Program-made: the position numbers and the translations under genes
The notes under the pieces: generated by a model
What the model saw: only the letters and a program-made list of their open reading frames with translations
The model's database searches: none
What the model was told of the DNA's origin: nothing
In this document: positions 49,439 through 59,534 of the stretch, in pieces
How the letters are laid out: each line of letters starts with the position of its first letter
How positions within the stretch are numbered: position 1 is the first letter of the stretch
Source of the DNA: Gemmatales bacterium
GTDB taxonomy: Bacteria > Planctomycetota > Planctomycetia > Gemmatales > HRBIN36
Assembly (NCBI GenBank): GCA_041640595.1
Contig: JBEPZY010000003.1
Location: forward strand, 212,773-276,772
Length of the DNA: 64,000 nucleotides
Direction of reading: 5' to 3'

Positions 49439-51415
49439 CTAATCCCAGCGGAGGGAGAAAAAGCGAGCGAGTTTCTTCCAGCCCAAAAGCTTGAATAGTC
49501 GGGCATACTCTCGTGCCAGCCAGCGAATCGCACTGCGACCGGGTTCGCCGCAACATGCGACAATCGCCCCGAGGATGGTGCCGAAGATGTACCACACGGC
49601 CACGCTGATTAGCGGGAATTGAGCGAGGAACGGAGAGGCCCGGTTGAGCAGTTGGGACAGGACGGGTTCGGTATGGCGAAGCAAAGCAGCGACGACGAAA
49701 CCGAGAATCACTCCCAGCAGTCCTCCGCCGATCAAGCCCAGGAAAGCCGCCTCGAACGCCCGTTCCCGCCGCCAGAATTTCCAGGCCGACCAGCAACCGA
49801 TCAGCAGTCCGACAGTGGCAGCCTGACACCAGCTATAAACCCGCAACCAGGGAGCGGTGGCTTGAACCAGGAGCGAGCCGAATTGTTGCGGTCGGAAAAG
49901 CAGATCGGGCCACGAGACCAGTAATCGCAGTCCGGAAGCGGCCAGGGCGCCGACCAGACTGCCCAGGAACATCCAGAGTGCTGCAGGCAACGAGGCTTCC
50001 GCATACTCGACGCGGACAGGCAGGGTTAATCGCTGGCCACCGTTTCCTTCGATTTGCACCTGCGTTTCATACCGTCCAGGTCCGGGCAACGCCGCCGGCA
50101 ACACCGTCAAAGAAAAGTAGGCCCGTTGTGGCCCGTAAATCATGGTCGGTTCTGCTTCCAGCCAGGGTTCGGTCGAGGTGATTTTGGCATAGACCCATTT
50201 GGGGTCCGGGGAGCGGAACAGCACATCAAAGCGTCGCGGTTCTTCGGACTGGAGTGTGCATTCAATTTTGACCGGCTCAATTTCGAGGCGAGGCGGTTTG
50301 TTGACGCCGAGTGCTTCGTAGAACTGCTGAACTGCGGCAATGCCGGGAGCGGTGTCGCCAATGACCGGCCAAACCCAGTGATTGGTTTCGAACCATTGCC
50401 GGATCGCTCCCTCACGCAACAAACGTGCTGCTTCCCGGGCGTGTAACCGCATCTGGGCGGCCAGATATTTCGGCTCGGTGATGCCGCGGAATGGCTCGTC
50501 CGGAAAGGGGACCGGGCTGACCTCGATCTCCACCGGCACTTCCACCGTGCCACCGTTGGTTTCGAGGATCAGGGTCGCATGGAAAACTTGTCCGGCCGGC
50601 AAATCTTCGGTGCTGGCAACGATCCGCACTTCCTGCGTCGTCCATGTCGAAATGGTGTAGGACTGTTCGTAGGGCTGAGCGGATGGAATCAGCTCGGCCA
50701 GCGGTACATCGTCGTCAAGAACTTCAACCGCCGGTGCATCGTTCGGGTCTTGATGACCTGTGCCGGTTTGGGAACCGCTTGTCGCAGAAGGATGGGCGAA
50801 GTTTGCCGCGTTCGTTGGGCCATTCGGAGCTGGCGCAGCCACCGACGCGGCTCCGTAGGCCAGGGGAGTTTCCGACGAAACGAGTAGATTCTCACCCGAC
50901 TGGATCGTCAACCAGGAAACACCTTCCAGCCGGATGCGACCGCGTAACAAGCCTTTACCTTTGTTGGAGATGCGGAGAACAAGAGTGCGTTTATCGCCAG
51001 CCAGCACGCGTCCAAATTGCAGCTTACGGGGCGAGTAATCCAGTACGGGGCGGACTGGTTCCTTGGTGGGAAGTCGGGTGAGCAAGTAGTCCAGGGCTTC
51101 GTCGGCGTCGAGATGGCGTTCGACAGCCTGCCAGACGACCTGAGCCACGTCCGCGCGGCCGATGGAAGAAAAAAACTGCTGGAAGGCGCCACGCCGCAAT
51201 AACTCCCGGGCAGCCGGCCAATCGCCCATGCAGGCATCCACCAGTTCGTCGAACGTGCGACACCGCTGCCCAGACGGAAAAACGAATTCTTTGCCCAGCT
51301 GCCAGGGATCTGCCTGGCCGGGCATCACCAGTCGCAAGTCCTGCCCGTCGAAATAGCAGTAAGCTGCCTCCTCAGGACAGGCGCGACGGCAGCGCGGACA
51401 AAAACGCACACTCAT
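49439..51415 (-). CDS. Multidomain membrane protein (N-terminal Cys knuckle, two helical plus Ig/BACON-like modules, C-terminal TM helices)
   Basis: CPRC...CYFDG; LRISNKGKGLLRG and ETNGG/EGNGG motifs; hydrophobic C-terminus. Confidence 0.65.
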   Translation of the reverse strand: MSVRFCPRCRRACPEEAAYCYFDGQDLRLVMPGQADPWQLGKEFVFPSGQRCRTFDELVDACMGDWPAARELLRRGAFQQFFSSIGRADVAQVVWQAVERHLDADEALDYLLTRLPTKEPVRPVLDYSPRKLQFGRVLAGDKRTLVLRISNKGKGLLRGRIRLEGVSWLTIQSGENLLVSSETPLAYGAASVAAPAPNGPTNAANFAHPSATSGSQTGTGHQDPNDAPAVEVLDDDVPLAELIPSAQPYEQSYTISTWTTQEVRIVASTEDLPAGQVFHATLILETNGGTVEVPVEIEVSPVPFPDEPFRGITEPKYLAAQMRLHAREAARLLREGAIRQWFETNHWVWPVIGDTAPGIAAVQQFYEALGVNKPPRLEIEPVKIECTLQSEEPRRFDVLFRSPDPKWVYAKITSTEPWLEAEPTMIYGPQRAYFSLTVLPAALPGPGRYETQVQIEGNGGQRLTLPVRVEYAEASLPAALWMFLGSLVGALAASGLRLLVSWPDLLFRPQQFGSLLVQATAPWLRVYSWCQAATVGLLIGCWSAWKFWRRERAFEAAFLGLIGGGLLGVILGFVVAALLRHTEPVLSQLLNRASPFLAQFPLISVAVWYIFGTILGAIVACCGEPGRSAIRWLAREYARLFKLLGWKKLARFFSLRWD

Positions 51416-51617
51416 GGTTGCTCGCTTGCGGAGTCGGCTAAGGCAAACCCGACTGTCGCGGCAGGTCCTCCCGTGTTACTGCCTGTCGTTGGCCTGATTG
51501 GCGCCATGTAAAGAATCCCGCATGCGAATACTTTGTTCCAAAGCACTCACGCACCCAGCACAGGCGAATGTTTCCGTCCTCGGCAGGTGCTTTCTGGAGT
51601 CCTGGCTCCGATCCCGC

Positions 51618-52607
51618 TTATTTGCCAGGTTTGTCGGGGAGTAAAATCGCTTCCGGGATTGTCGGTGGCGTGGCAGGAGAAGCGGCACGGTTCTGTTCTG
51701 CGCGTGCCGGCACAGCTTGGCTTCGTTGTTGGAAAAGGAGCAGCACATCTCCGAGCTGGATGCGATGGCCGTCGAGTAGCTCGCATTCCCCGGCGACGGG
51801 ACGACCGTTGACCAGCGTATATTGCGGAGCACCGCCTGTGTTGACCAGAAAGTAACGTCCATCGCGGACGACGATGCGAGCATGCCATTTTTCAACTTTC
51901 ATATCCCGCAGCAGCAATATGTCGGCCCGTTCGTCGCGCCCCAGGGTAGTTTCGCGTTTGAGGATGGAAAATTCGCGGCCCTCACGCCAGCCCCGCAAGA
52001 TTTTCACCGACGCCGGCTTCAGAGCTTCCTCCACACTGGCAATCAACGAACCGATGCTGGCCCCCAGAATCACCAGGGCACTCGCTTGCCCCCAGACATA
52101 AGTCCATTCCTGACGCTGACTGCCGATGAGCAGCGCCGCGAAGACCGCTCCGCCGAAAAAACCGCCCAGACTACCGCCGACGGCTCCATAACTGGTTTTC
52201 AATAGCGATCGGGCAACCCAGCCTTCGGCCAGGCCAATGGTCAATCCAAACACCATCCAGCCCAACCCGCGGGCCAGTACGCCGATCACCAATGGACTCA
52301 ACCACGCTCCCATCTGGAGAGCGTAATTGATAAGCTCGCCCAGAACCAATCCCAGCGCCCCACCGAGAGCACCCAGCAAACACCCCTGCGTTCCGGTGCG
52401 CAAAAACCGCATCGCCGAGCCGTCCACCAGATATTCCCATCCCACAACGACGTAACCGATAATCCCACCGATAATGGCTCCCGCAGCCAGCATCCCCGCC
52501 AACCAGGGCCAGCTTGGTTCCACCAGAAAGCCAAACACCAGCCAGCCCACTAATCCCGCCGCGCCACCAACGATGGCGTTGTAATATATCCTCCAGAAGC
52601 GATGCAT
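51618..52607 (-). CDS. Membrane protein with C-terminal FHA domain
   Basis: Gly-rich TM helices then TLGRDERADI...WHARI...TLVNG...LLDGHRIQLG. Confidence 0.85.
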   Translation of the reverse strand: MHRFWRIYYNAIVGGAAGLVGWLVFGFLVEPSWPWLAGMLAAGAIIGGIIGYVVVGWEYLVDGSAMRFLRTGTQGCLLGALGGALGLVLGELINYALQMGAWLSPLVIGVLARGLGWMVFGLTIGLAEGWVARSLLKTSYGAVGGSLGGFFGGAVFAALLIGSQRQEWTYVWGQASALVILGASIGSLIASVEEALKPASVKILRGWREGREFSILKRETTLGRDERADILLLRDMKVEKWHARIVVRDGRYFLVNTGGAPQYTLVNGRPVAGECELLDGHRIQLGDVLLLFQQRSQAVPARAEQNRAASPATPPTIPEAILLPDKPGK

Positions 52608-52694
52608 GCTCCGCTCCTTATTGCTCGACGATGCGGAACAACCAGATGCTGGCCGCAAGGCCGTCCCATCCCGTCCACACTACCGAACCATTTT

Positions 52695-53177
52695 ATGATG
52701 CCGCAACCCAATGAGCTGGCTGTGCCGGACTCCTTGAAGCCACTGCTGGCCGGATTCCCCGTGACGGTGACCTTCCCGGTCCACTGGGGAGAAATGGACG
52801 CCTATCGCCACGTGAACAACGTGGTGTATTTTCGCTACTTCGAGAGTGCGCGAGCCGCCTATTTCCGTGCGGTAAACTGGCCAGAAATCGAAATGGCAAC
52901 AGGAATCGGACCAATCCTGGCCTCAGCGGAATGCCGATTTCGCCGGGCCTTACGCTATCCCGATACGGTCACCGTGGCGATTCGTGTCGTGCCGCCTTTG
53001 GCGGAGGATCGTTTCACCATGGAGTTTCGCATCGTCAGCCATGAGCAACTCGCCCTTGCCGCCGAGGGCAAGGGAGTTATTGTCGGTTATCACTACGGCC
53101 AGATGCAAAAGGCAGCGCTTCCGACCGAATTACGGCAACGCATCGCCCAGCTGGAAAACTGGCCGGCTGAGCAATAA
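52695..53177 (+). CDS. Acyl-CoA thioesterase (4HBT family)
   Basis: VHWGEMDAYRHVNNVVYFRYFESAR. Confidence 0.9.
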   Translation: MMPQPNELAVPDSLKPLLAGFPVTVTFPVHWGEMDAYRHVNNVVYFRYFESARAAYFRAVNWPEIEMATGIGPILASAECRFRRALRYPDTVTVAIRVVPPLAEDRFTMEFRIVSHEQLALAAEGKGVIVGYHYGQMQKAALPTELRQRIAQLENWPAEQ

Positions 53178-53622
53178 TCCATCCGCCTTTGTCCGCGGGG
53201 ATAGAAACCATTTTGCTTGGTCGAAAACATCCTGGCGCGGGGCAGGAGCATTCAGGACGCTTCCTCGTCGAACACGACCACGATAGCTTTCGACGGCAGC
53301 ACCACGACTCTGTACCCGAGCACATCCCTGGTAAGATATTCCCACCACAGAAGCTCCCGATGGAATCACCGCGCGCCAGGATTATCTAGGATGCTTAGTC
53401 ATCGAAGGACGCGGATGCTTAACCTTGATTTGCCGCAGTCCATGTGAGTATTAGACAAGATGCTCGGTCATGGTAGGAACCCATTTGCTCTTGTCTCTAA
53501 CCAGGACGGAATAGGCATTAGCTTAGGAGATGTCGCTTCCGGTAGGAACTAGCTGGCGCTTCAAACGCCAAACAGAGGACGGACTAGGACTTAGCACAGC
53601 AGGTCTTGCTTTCCCTATTCGT

Positions 53623-54385
53623 ATCCTGACAGCCGGAACAAATTCACTTAGTCCCAGTTGACTATGTGTGGATTGACATCTGCAGGAGTCTTACAATCCT
53701 AACAGCCGGAACAAGTTCCCTCAGTTCCAGTTGGCACCCCGGCGATAAAGAAGATTAGGCCCAGCAGTGTGATTTCGCTGACGTACTGATGACATATTGT
53801 TCGCCCCAGCGGTAAAGAGGATTAGGCCGAGCAGTTTTTCTGTTTTGTAATACTTGACGACGGTTGTTAACCCAGCGGTGAAGAGGATTAGGCCCAGCAG
53901 CCCCGGCTTTAAACGTCCACCAAGTTCAACCTTAGAGTTGCCACCCTGGCGGCAAAGAAGACCAAACCCAGCACCGAGACGCTACACTGTCCGCCACAGT
54001 TTGCCGGCCCAGCGGGAAAAATTGAGCTTGGCAACCAGGCGCCACACTGTCGGCCACACTTGAGGCCGATATGCAGCGATTGCAAAGAAAAGCTGCACGG
54101 GACTGGCAACCAGGCTCCACACTGTCAGCCACACTTGAGTGCATAGGGGGAATGGAAGCTCAACCACTAAATGTCCGGCGGCTTAGTAGGTTTTTAATAA
54201 TGACGCAATAACTTAGCTGGTGGAAGCTCAACCATTAAATGTCCCGCGGCGGCCAGATGCTCGCTGATAACTGGTGCCAGCGCGGGAGTGGAGGCTCAAC
54301 CATGAAATCTCACGCGAGATTGCTGGTCGACATCCGAAAATGTGGCTTCAGGGCATAGGGGGAGCGGAGGCCGAACCATGAGATG
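53623..54385. repeat. Compound array of four successive degenerate direct-repeat families (60-76 bp periods)
   Basis: atcct.acagccggaacaa x2; gattaggcc.agcag x3; acactgtc.gccaca x3; gga(a/g)gc.caacca x4. Confidence 0.8.
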
Positions 54386-54457
54386 GCTCTGCGGTTATTC
54401 GCCCACGCTGTTCGCCCTTAGTTTGCGCCTGCACGCTGCAGGTACGTCGCTTAATGG

Positions 54458-55720
54458 CTAGTCCTTAAGCCCTTCGCGAACGTGAGCGACGCGCAGGAGT
54501 TTGCCATTTTCAGCGTCGTAATAGTACACGTGGCCTGTGCCTGCAGCCACTAGCAGAGTTTTTTCTCCAGGAACAAACGCAACATCCAGTATCTTCATCC
54601 ATAAGCCTGCTAACGGAAAATCGAGTTGTTGCAACGCCCGCTCTACCCAGCGCAGGTGCCTGTCGTCTCGAAATGCAATCCGTCCCGTACTTGCCTCTAA
54701 AACAACCAGTTCGCCAAGTGGATTGGTGACCGACGCGATGAACTTCCCCTGGCTGTCCATTCGTGCAATGAAAGGAAACACCGGGTCTTTTTCCCTTTCG
54801 GTGTAAAGCTTTAGCAAGCCATGCGTCATCGCTCTTTCCAACGTCAAGTTGTTGCGTTTATGATAATACATTTCGGAGCCAGAAAACAAATACATACCAT
54901 CGTCCGCAGGATTCACCGCGACCCAAGGATACGTACTGTTGTTGTGAAGGAGCTCATCCTTAGTCACTTTGCCTTTCTCCACGTCCAGATAACATGCGCG
55001 GATAGAGCTGGGCAAAGCAAAGAGGCTAACCCCGTCATCGGGGACGGAGCTCTTCCTCTCGCCTTTCGGCGTCTTATCATCGGGCATCGCTTGATAGATG
55101 AGCCTGATACGCCCATCAATGAGGTCACCATACAACACTTCGAGCACAGCCATCGGGACCGACCATTCATGTTGTAACCGCATACCCTTATCTTGCCGAC
55201 TATAGTAGCGCATCGCTAACTTGGAAGTTCGCAATGAGCCCCTATCAATAAGGATCAGATGGTTATCATCTAAGCTCAGCAGTTGAATATACCGATCTGG
55301 AATAGCCTCGGGCAAAGCCTCAGCGCGGGGAAGGTCAATGAGATATACAACCGACGTCGGCGGCAGAGCAGGGCGGACTGTCCCAGTAATAATCAGCCAG
55401 GGCTGCCGTCCCAAGTGGGGGCTCGGGATGACAAACCCTTGTTGCAAGTCCATAAGCGGAATCTCAATCGGTCTTTTGTTCGTTAATCGGAGCGACGGCA
55501 TTTCCCAACACGCCAAACTAAACTCGCCCGTTTCGGTAGGATTGGAGTCCATTGTGTACAAATACAGCCGCCCGTTCTGCTGTACGAATTGTCCGAGAAT
55601 CAAGCTGTCGCGACTGTGTTTCCACTGCTTGTCAGCGGCGTTCTGAGCCGGTACAATTGAATACCTGCAACCTAAACCCACCAGTACTAAGCCAGCGATA
55701 AGCATGATTCTGAAGGACAT
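54458..55720 (-). CDS. Hypothetical exported protein or lipoprotein, possibly beta-propeller
   Basis: AGGAGG ribosome-binding site; LVGLGC lipobox-like; LEASTGRI and YDAENGKLL motifs. Confidence 0.65.
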   Translation of the reverse strand: MSFRIMLIAGLVLVGLGCRYSIVPAQNAADKQWKHSRDSLILGQFVQQNGRLYLYTMDSNPTETGEFSLACWEMPSLRLTNKRPIEIPLMDLQQGFVIPSPHLGRQPWLIITGTVRPALPPTSVVYLIDLPRAEALPEAIPDRYIQLLSLDDNHLILIDRGSLRTSKLAMRYYSRQDKGMRLQHEWSVPMAVLEVLYGDLIDGRIRLIYQAMPDDKTPKGERKSSVPDDGVSLFALPSSIRACYLDVEKGKVTKDELLHNNSTYPWVAVNPADDGMYLFSGSEMYYHKRNNLTLERAMTHGLLKLYTEREKDPVFPFIARMDSQGKFIASVTNPLGELVVLEASTGRIAFRDDRHLRWVERALQQLDFPLAGLWMKILDVAFVPGEKTLLVAAGTGHVYYYDAENGKLLRVAHVREGLKD

Positions 55721-55833
55721 GGTTTGCCTCCTTTTGTAATGTTTCTGGGAGTTTTATTAACCGCCTTATAGCATCGGGTCGCCCGCTGCCCGCGCGGCGG
55801 CCGACTACCGATAGGCACCGACCGAGGTGGAGA

Positions 55834-55939
55834 CGGCCACCGTCGCAGCTCAAGCGACCGCAATCGCAGGTAAAGCAACCGCAATCGCAGCCCAAGCGAG
55901 CGCAATCGCAGGTGAAGCGACCGCAATCCAAGGTGAAGT
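55834..55939. repeat. 21-bp tandem repeat x5
   Basis: Units like cgaccgcaatcgcaggtaaag; reads as an ATAIAG(K/E) heptad in ORF 55827-56024. Confidence 0.8.
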
Positions 55940-56341
55940 TACCAAAAAACACGCCGCCGGTCAAAAGCAAAATCGAAAAATTTTCACTGCGGCGGTAATT
56001 TTCGGCAAGTTGCGGAATGGATAGAAGCTGCCGAGGCGGCGGACGGGCACGATGCGGGAATTGTGCGAAACGCGGAAACTCGGTCCAACCGTGTGTAGCC
56101 GGCGGGTGGGACAGGTACCGTCTGTGAATTTTGCCAGACTAAGAAAGGGTCGCATTGGGCGCTGGTGGCCTGGCTAATGTTCTTGTGAGACCGGCAAGCT
56201 GCGAGTTGACAGGGATCTCATTTAGCCACAATGGCCTGGCCATCCGGTACATGTGCGACACTCAGAAAGGGGCCTATTCCTGACGCGAACTGGACGATAT
56301 TTCGGCCACCGAAGAAAGGCCGCCGGATCGCCCAGAAAGAT

Positions 56342-56449
56342 TCCTGTTGCCGATGCAAACTATAATCCTGCGTCAGGCGCGCTACTGGCGAGTGAGTTCG
56401 CTGGCAGGACCCCGCATCCTATTGTCGGTGCAAACTGTAATCCTGCGTC
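56342..56449. repeat. 33-bp direct repeat pair, 75-bp period
   Basis: tcctgttgccgatgcaaactataatcctgcgtc (56342) and tcctattgtcggtgcaaactgtaatcctgcgtc (56417). Confidence 0.8.
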
Positions 56450-56574
56450 TGGGCCAAATGTTGCTCGTGCGGAGGTGATTTCGTTTAGTCAATGCACGGG
56501 TTGCGGACAGCGCCGGTGGTTTCGCCACCAATGCGCCGGCTGATTTCGGCCAGGGTCCATGTCGTGGGCGAAGC

Positions 56575-57408
56575 TCAATGGCGGGACTGGCCCTGTGGTT
56601 TCGTTGCGGATGGTTTTTGCAGAATAGGTGGTTTGCCAGCGAGGATGTCCTGCTCCCACTGGTCGAGCAGTGGCCAGGAGACCGCACAGGTGCCGAAATC
56701 GGCCATGTACTGGTAGCGTCGCAGGCGGTCTATAGTCCGCTGGATCATCGCGCGATCGTGTGGAAAGACCGGGCCGTGACTGGGCAGCAAATACTCGACG
56801 TCGGCATCGCGGATACGTTCCAGCGACCGAATGAAATCGGGGATATTCGAGCCGTGATGGGCATCAATCACGCCGACACAGCCATCGGCAAAAAGGTTGT
56901 CGCCACTGAAAAGCAAGCGATCGAGTTGCAGGGCGATCTGGCCCGGAGTGTGTCCGGGAGTATGCCAGACCTTCAAGCGAAGTTCGCCGACTTCGATTTC
57001 GTCGCCGTCCTGCAAACGGATGTCCACGCGGCAGGGGGGCATTTCCAGAGCGATTCCCTGGGCCTTGATCTGGGCGAAGGTCAGGATCGGGTCGCCGGTC
57101 TCCAGCGCTGGAACGCTCTCTGAATGGGCGGCCACGCGCGTCTTGAACAACGCGCTGGCGCGGGCCAGACCCTGGGCGTGATCGGCGTCGGCGTGGCTGG
57201 CGATGATCATTTTGCAAGCCGATAAGCTGTAATCCATCCGCAACAGCAGGTCGGCAATCTCTTCGACAGTGTCGGCGTAACCGATGTCAATGAGGATGTA
57301 CTCCGAGCCACCGTCAACCACATAGACGTTGGCACCCAGCCGACGCCCGGCCTGGTAATTGAGTTCGAGCACACGATAATCGGGGAAAAGATATTTTCGG
57401 CGCGTCAT
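56575..57408 (-). CDS. MBL-fold metallo-hydrolase
   Basis: SHADADHA, HTPGHTPG, FSGD, LLPSHG. Confidence 0.88.
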   Translation of the reverse strand: MTRRKYLFPDYRVLELNYQAGRRLGANVYVVDGGSEYILIDIGYADTVEEIADLLLRMDYSLSACKMIIASHADADHAQGLARASALFKTRVAAHSESVPALETGDPILTFAQIKAQGIALEMPPCRVDIRLQDGDEIEVGELRLKVWHTPGHTPGQIALQLDRLLFSGDNLFADGCVGVIDAHHGSNIPDFIRSLERIRDADVEYLLPSHGPVFPHDRAMIQRTIDRLRRYQYMADFGTCAVSWPLLDQWEQDILAGKPPILQKPSATKPQGQSRH

Positions 57409-57453
57409 TTTCAGGGACCAGTGGTCGGTCGATAGTGACCAGTTGCTCGTGAA

Positions 57454-58041
57454 TTATGGTGTGGTTGGCAAATAGAGTCGCTGCTGAGCAATATAGCACT
57501 CGACGGCCCGCGGTACCAGATAGCGAATGGAACGCCCCTGGCGAATCCGCTGGCGTATATCGGTGCTGGAGATTTCGATGAGCGGGGATTGCACCCAGCG
57601 CACGCGAAACTCCGGCGGCAACGATTCGGGCCTGGTGTAGCCCGGCCGAGCTGCCACCACCAGCGTCGCCATCTGGGCGATAGCAAAAGGTTCGTACCAG
57701 GTCGGAAATTCGCACAAACTGTCGGCCCCCAGCAGGAGGAACCATTCCGCTTCGGGGAATTGCTCGCGCAAGTGTCGCAGCGTCTGCACTGTGTAATTGG
57801 GCACCGGCAGCCGTGTTTCGAGATCGCTTACAACAAAAGCCTCGTGTCCACCTACCGCCAAGCGCAGCATTTCCAGCCGGTGCTCCACGGATGTCAGTGG
57901 CCGATTCAGTTTGTGCGGCGGGTGTGCCGCTGGCATAAACCACACCTGCTCCAGCTCCACCTGTTCGCGGCACTGCTCGGCCACGATGAGATGGCCCAGG
58001 TGCACCGGATCGAAGGTGCCACCGAAAATTCCGATACGCAT
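57454..58041 (-). CDS. nadD: Nicotinate-nucleotide adenylyltransferase
   Basis: GIFGGTFDPVHLGH, PPHK, LLGADS, ISSTDIR. Confidence 0.95.
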   Translation of the reverse strand: MRIGIFGGTFDPVHLGHLIVAEQCREQVELEQVWFMPAAHPPHKLNRPLTSVEHRLEMLRLAVGGHEAFVVSDLETRLPVPNYTVQTLRHLREQFPEAEWFLLLGADSLCEFPTWYEPFAIAQMATLVVAARPGYTRPESLPPEFRVRWVQSPLIEISSTDIRQRIRQGRSIRYLVPRAVECYIAQQRLYLPTTP

Positions 58042-58188
58042 TCCACTTCTCCCGCTCAGCCGGTCGCCCGCCATCCCTCCGCTGCAGGTTTTTCAGTTGC
58101 CCGCCCTCCAGCCACGCCACATCTTTAGCAACGCAACCCTTGTGTCCGGATTCTCTGCGATTGCACTCTCTTGGCCGCCACAGACGAG

Positions 58189-58848
58189 TTAGCCCTGCGG
58201 CGTCTGGGTTGACGCACCCGGCAGCCGGAACAGTTCCGCCACCGCACACGTGAAGCCGGGCAGCACATCCTCGCCGTCCAGCACTTCATTTTCCTCCAGC
58301 ACTCGCGGTTCACGGCCTGCCCGGTACACCGTCACATTCCGGCTCTCCCCGTCCACTACCCACACCATCGCTATGCCCGCCCGCAGATACTGCTGCACCT
58401 TCCGCATCACCATCCCCAGCCGATCCGATGGCGACAACACCTCCACCACCAAATCCGGTAACCGCTTCGGTGGGCCCGCAGCAAGCTCGCTCAAAGGCAC
58501 TGTTTCCCTGTAGTAGGCGACGTCCGCTCCTCGCACCACCGGCGGATCAAGTTGCAGAACCAGACCAACGTCATTGGAAATCACCCGCCCTTGTCCCCCT
58601 CGTTCCAAATACGCTAGCAGTGCGCGTATGACCAGGACACAAACTGCCCCATGCAGCTCACCAGGCAAAGCCATGACCACGAGCCTCCCTTCGTCCAGCT
58701 CCAGTTGCCTGTCCGCATACTCCGGCCGCTCGCATAACGCCAGAAATTCCTCCACCGTCAGCAGCTTCCCCGCATCGCTTCCGGTGCGACCATCCCCGGC
58801 CGCTCGCCGCTCTTCCGTCCGTTCTGCCGCCACCGTCCCTACGCTCAT
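58189..58848 (-). CDS. Uma2 (DUF820) PD-(D/E)XK-family protein, copy 5
   Basis: ELDEGRL, H-helix, VRGADVAY, PDLVVEVLSPSD, KVQQYLRAGI, LPGF; ATGA overlap with copy 4. Confidence 0.9.
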   Translation of the reverse strand: MSVGTVAAERTEERRAAGDGRTGSDAGKLLTVEEFLALCERPEYADRQLELDEGRLVVMALPGELHGAVCVLVIRALLAYLERGGQGRVISNDVGLVLQLDPPVVRGADVAYYRETVPLSELAAGPPKRLPDLVVEVLSPSDRLGMVMRKVQQYLRAGIAMVWVVDGESRNVTVYRAGREPRVLEENEVLDGEDVLPGFTCAVAELFRLPGASTQTPQG

Positions 58849-59534
58849 CGCTGTTCCCCCTTGGCGGTCTCGCTCACTGTGCTCGCCGCCGTCGTTCCCA
58901 TCACCGTTCCAGGAAGGCGGAATAACTCGCTTACGGCACACGTGAAGCCGGGCAGCACTTCTTCCCCGTCCAGCACCTCGTTTTCCTCGAGCACTCGCGG
59001 TTCACGACCTGCCCGGTACACCGTCACATTCCGGCTCTCCCCGTCCACTACCCACACCATCGCTATGCCCGCCCGCAGATACTGCTGCACCTTCCGCATC
59101 ACCATCCCCAACCGATCCGATGGCGACAACACCTCCACCACTAAATCCGGTAACCGCTTCGCCAATCCAGGCGAGATTTCCTCGAGCCGCACATTCTCCC
59201 GGTAATATGCCAAATCCGGGGCCCGCACCGTGTCCGGATCTCGACTCAGCAGCAAACCAGGATCGTTGCAGGCTACACGACCCACACCGGTTCGCCGGAT
59301 GTAGTCAGCCAGCAGAACTCCGATGTACCAGCATTGCGTTCCGTGAGCGTCTCCCGCTGGTGGCATGACCACGAGCCTCCCTTCGTCCAGCTCCAGTTGC
59401 GTGTCCGCATACTCCGGCCGCTCGCATAACGCCAGAAACTCCTCCACCGTCAGCAGCTTCCCCGCATCGCTGCGACCATCCCCGGCCGCTCGCCGCTCTT
59501 CCGCCCGTTCTGCCGCCACTGTCCCTACGCTCAT
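58845..59534 (-). CDS. Uma2-family protein, copy 4
   Basis: Same framework with VRAPDLAY; ATGA overlap with copy 3. Confidence 0.9.
   Translation of the reverse strand: MSVGTVAAERAEERRAAGDGRSDAGKLLTVEEFLALCERPEYADTQLELDEGRLVVMPPAGDAHGTQCWYIGVLLADYIRRTGVGRVACNDPGLLLSRDPDTVRAPDLAYYRENVRLEEISPGLAKRLPDLVVEVLSPSDRLGMVMRKVQQYLRAGIAMVWVVDGESRNVTVYRAGREPRVLEENEVLDGEEVLPGFTCAVSELFRLPGTVMGTTAASTVSETAKGEQR

Noticed and set aside
53623..54385. Canonical CRISPR array
   Set aside because: Repeats change family along the region and are degenerate, spacing is irregular, and there are no cas genes; kept only as a repeat finding
58849..58941. Longer Uma2 starts (MCRKR...) from the ORF track
   Set aside because: They overlap the upstream copy; the ATGA-coupled ATG with an SD is more plausible
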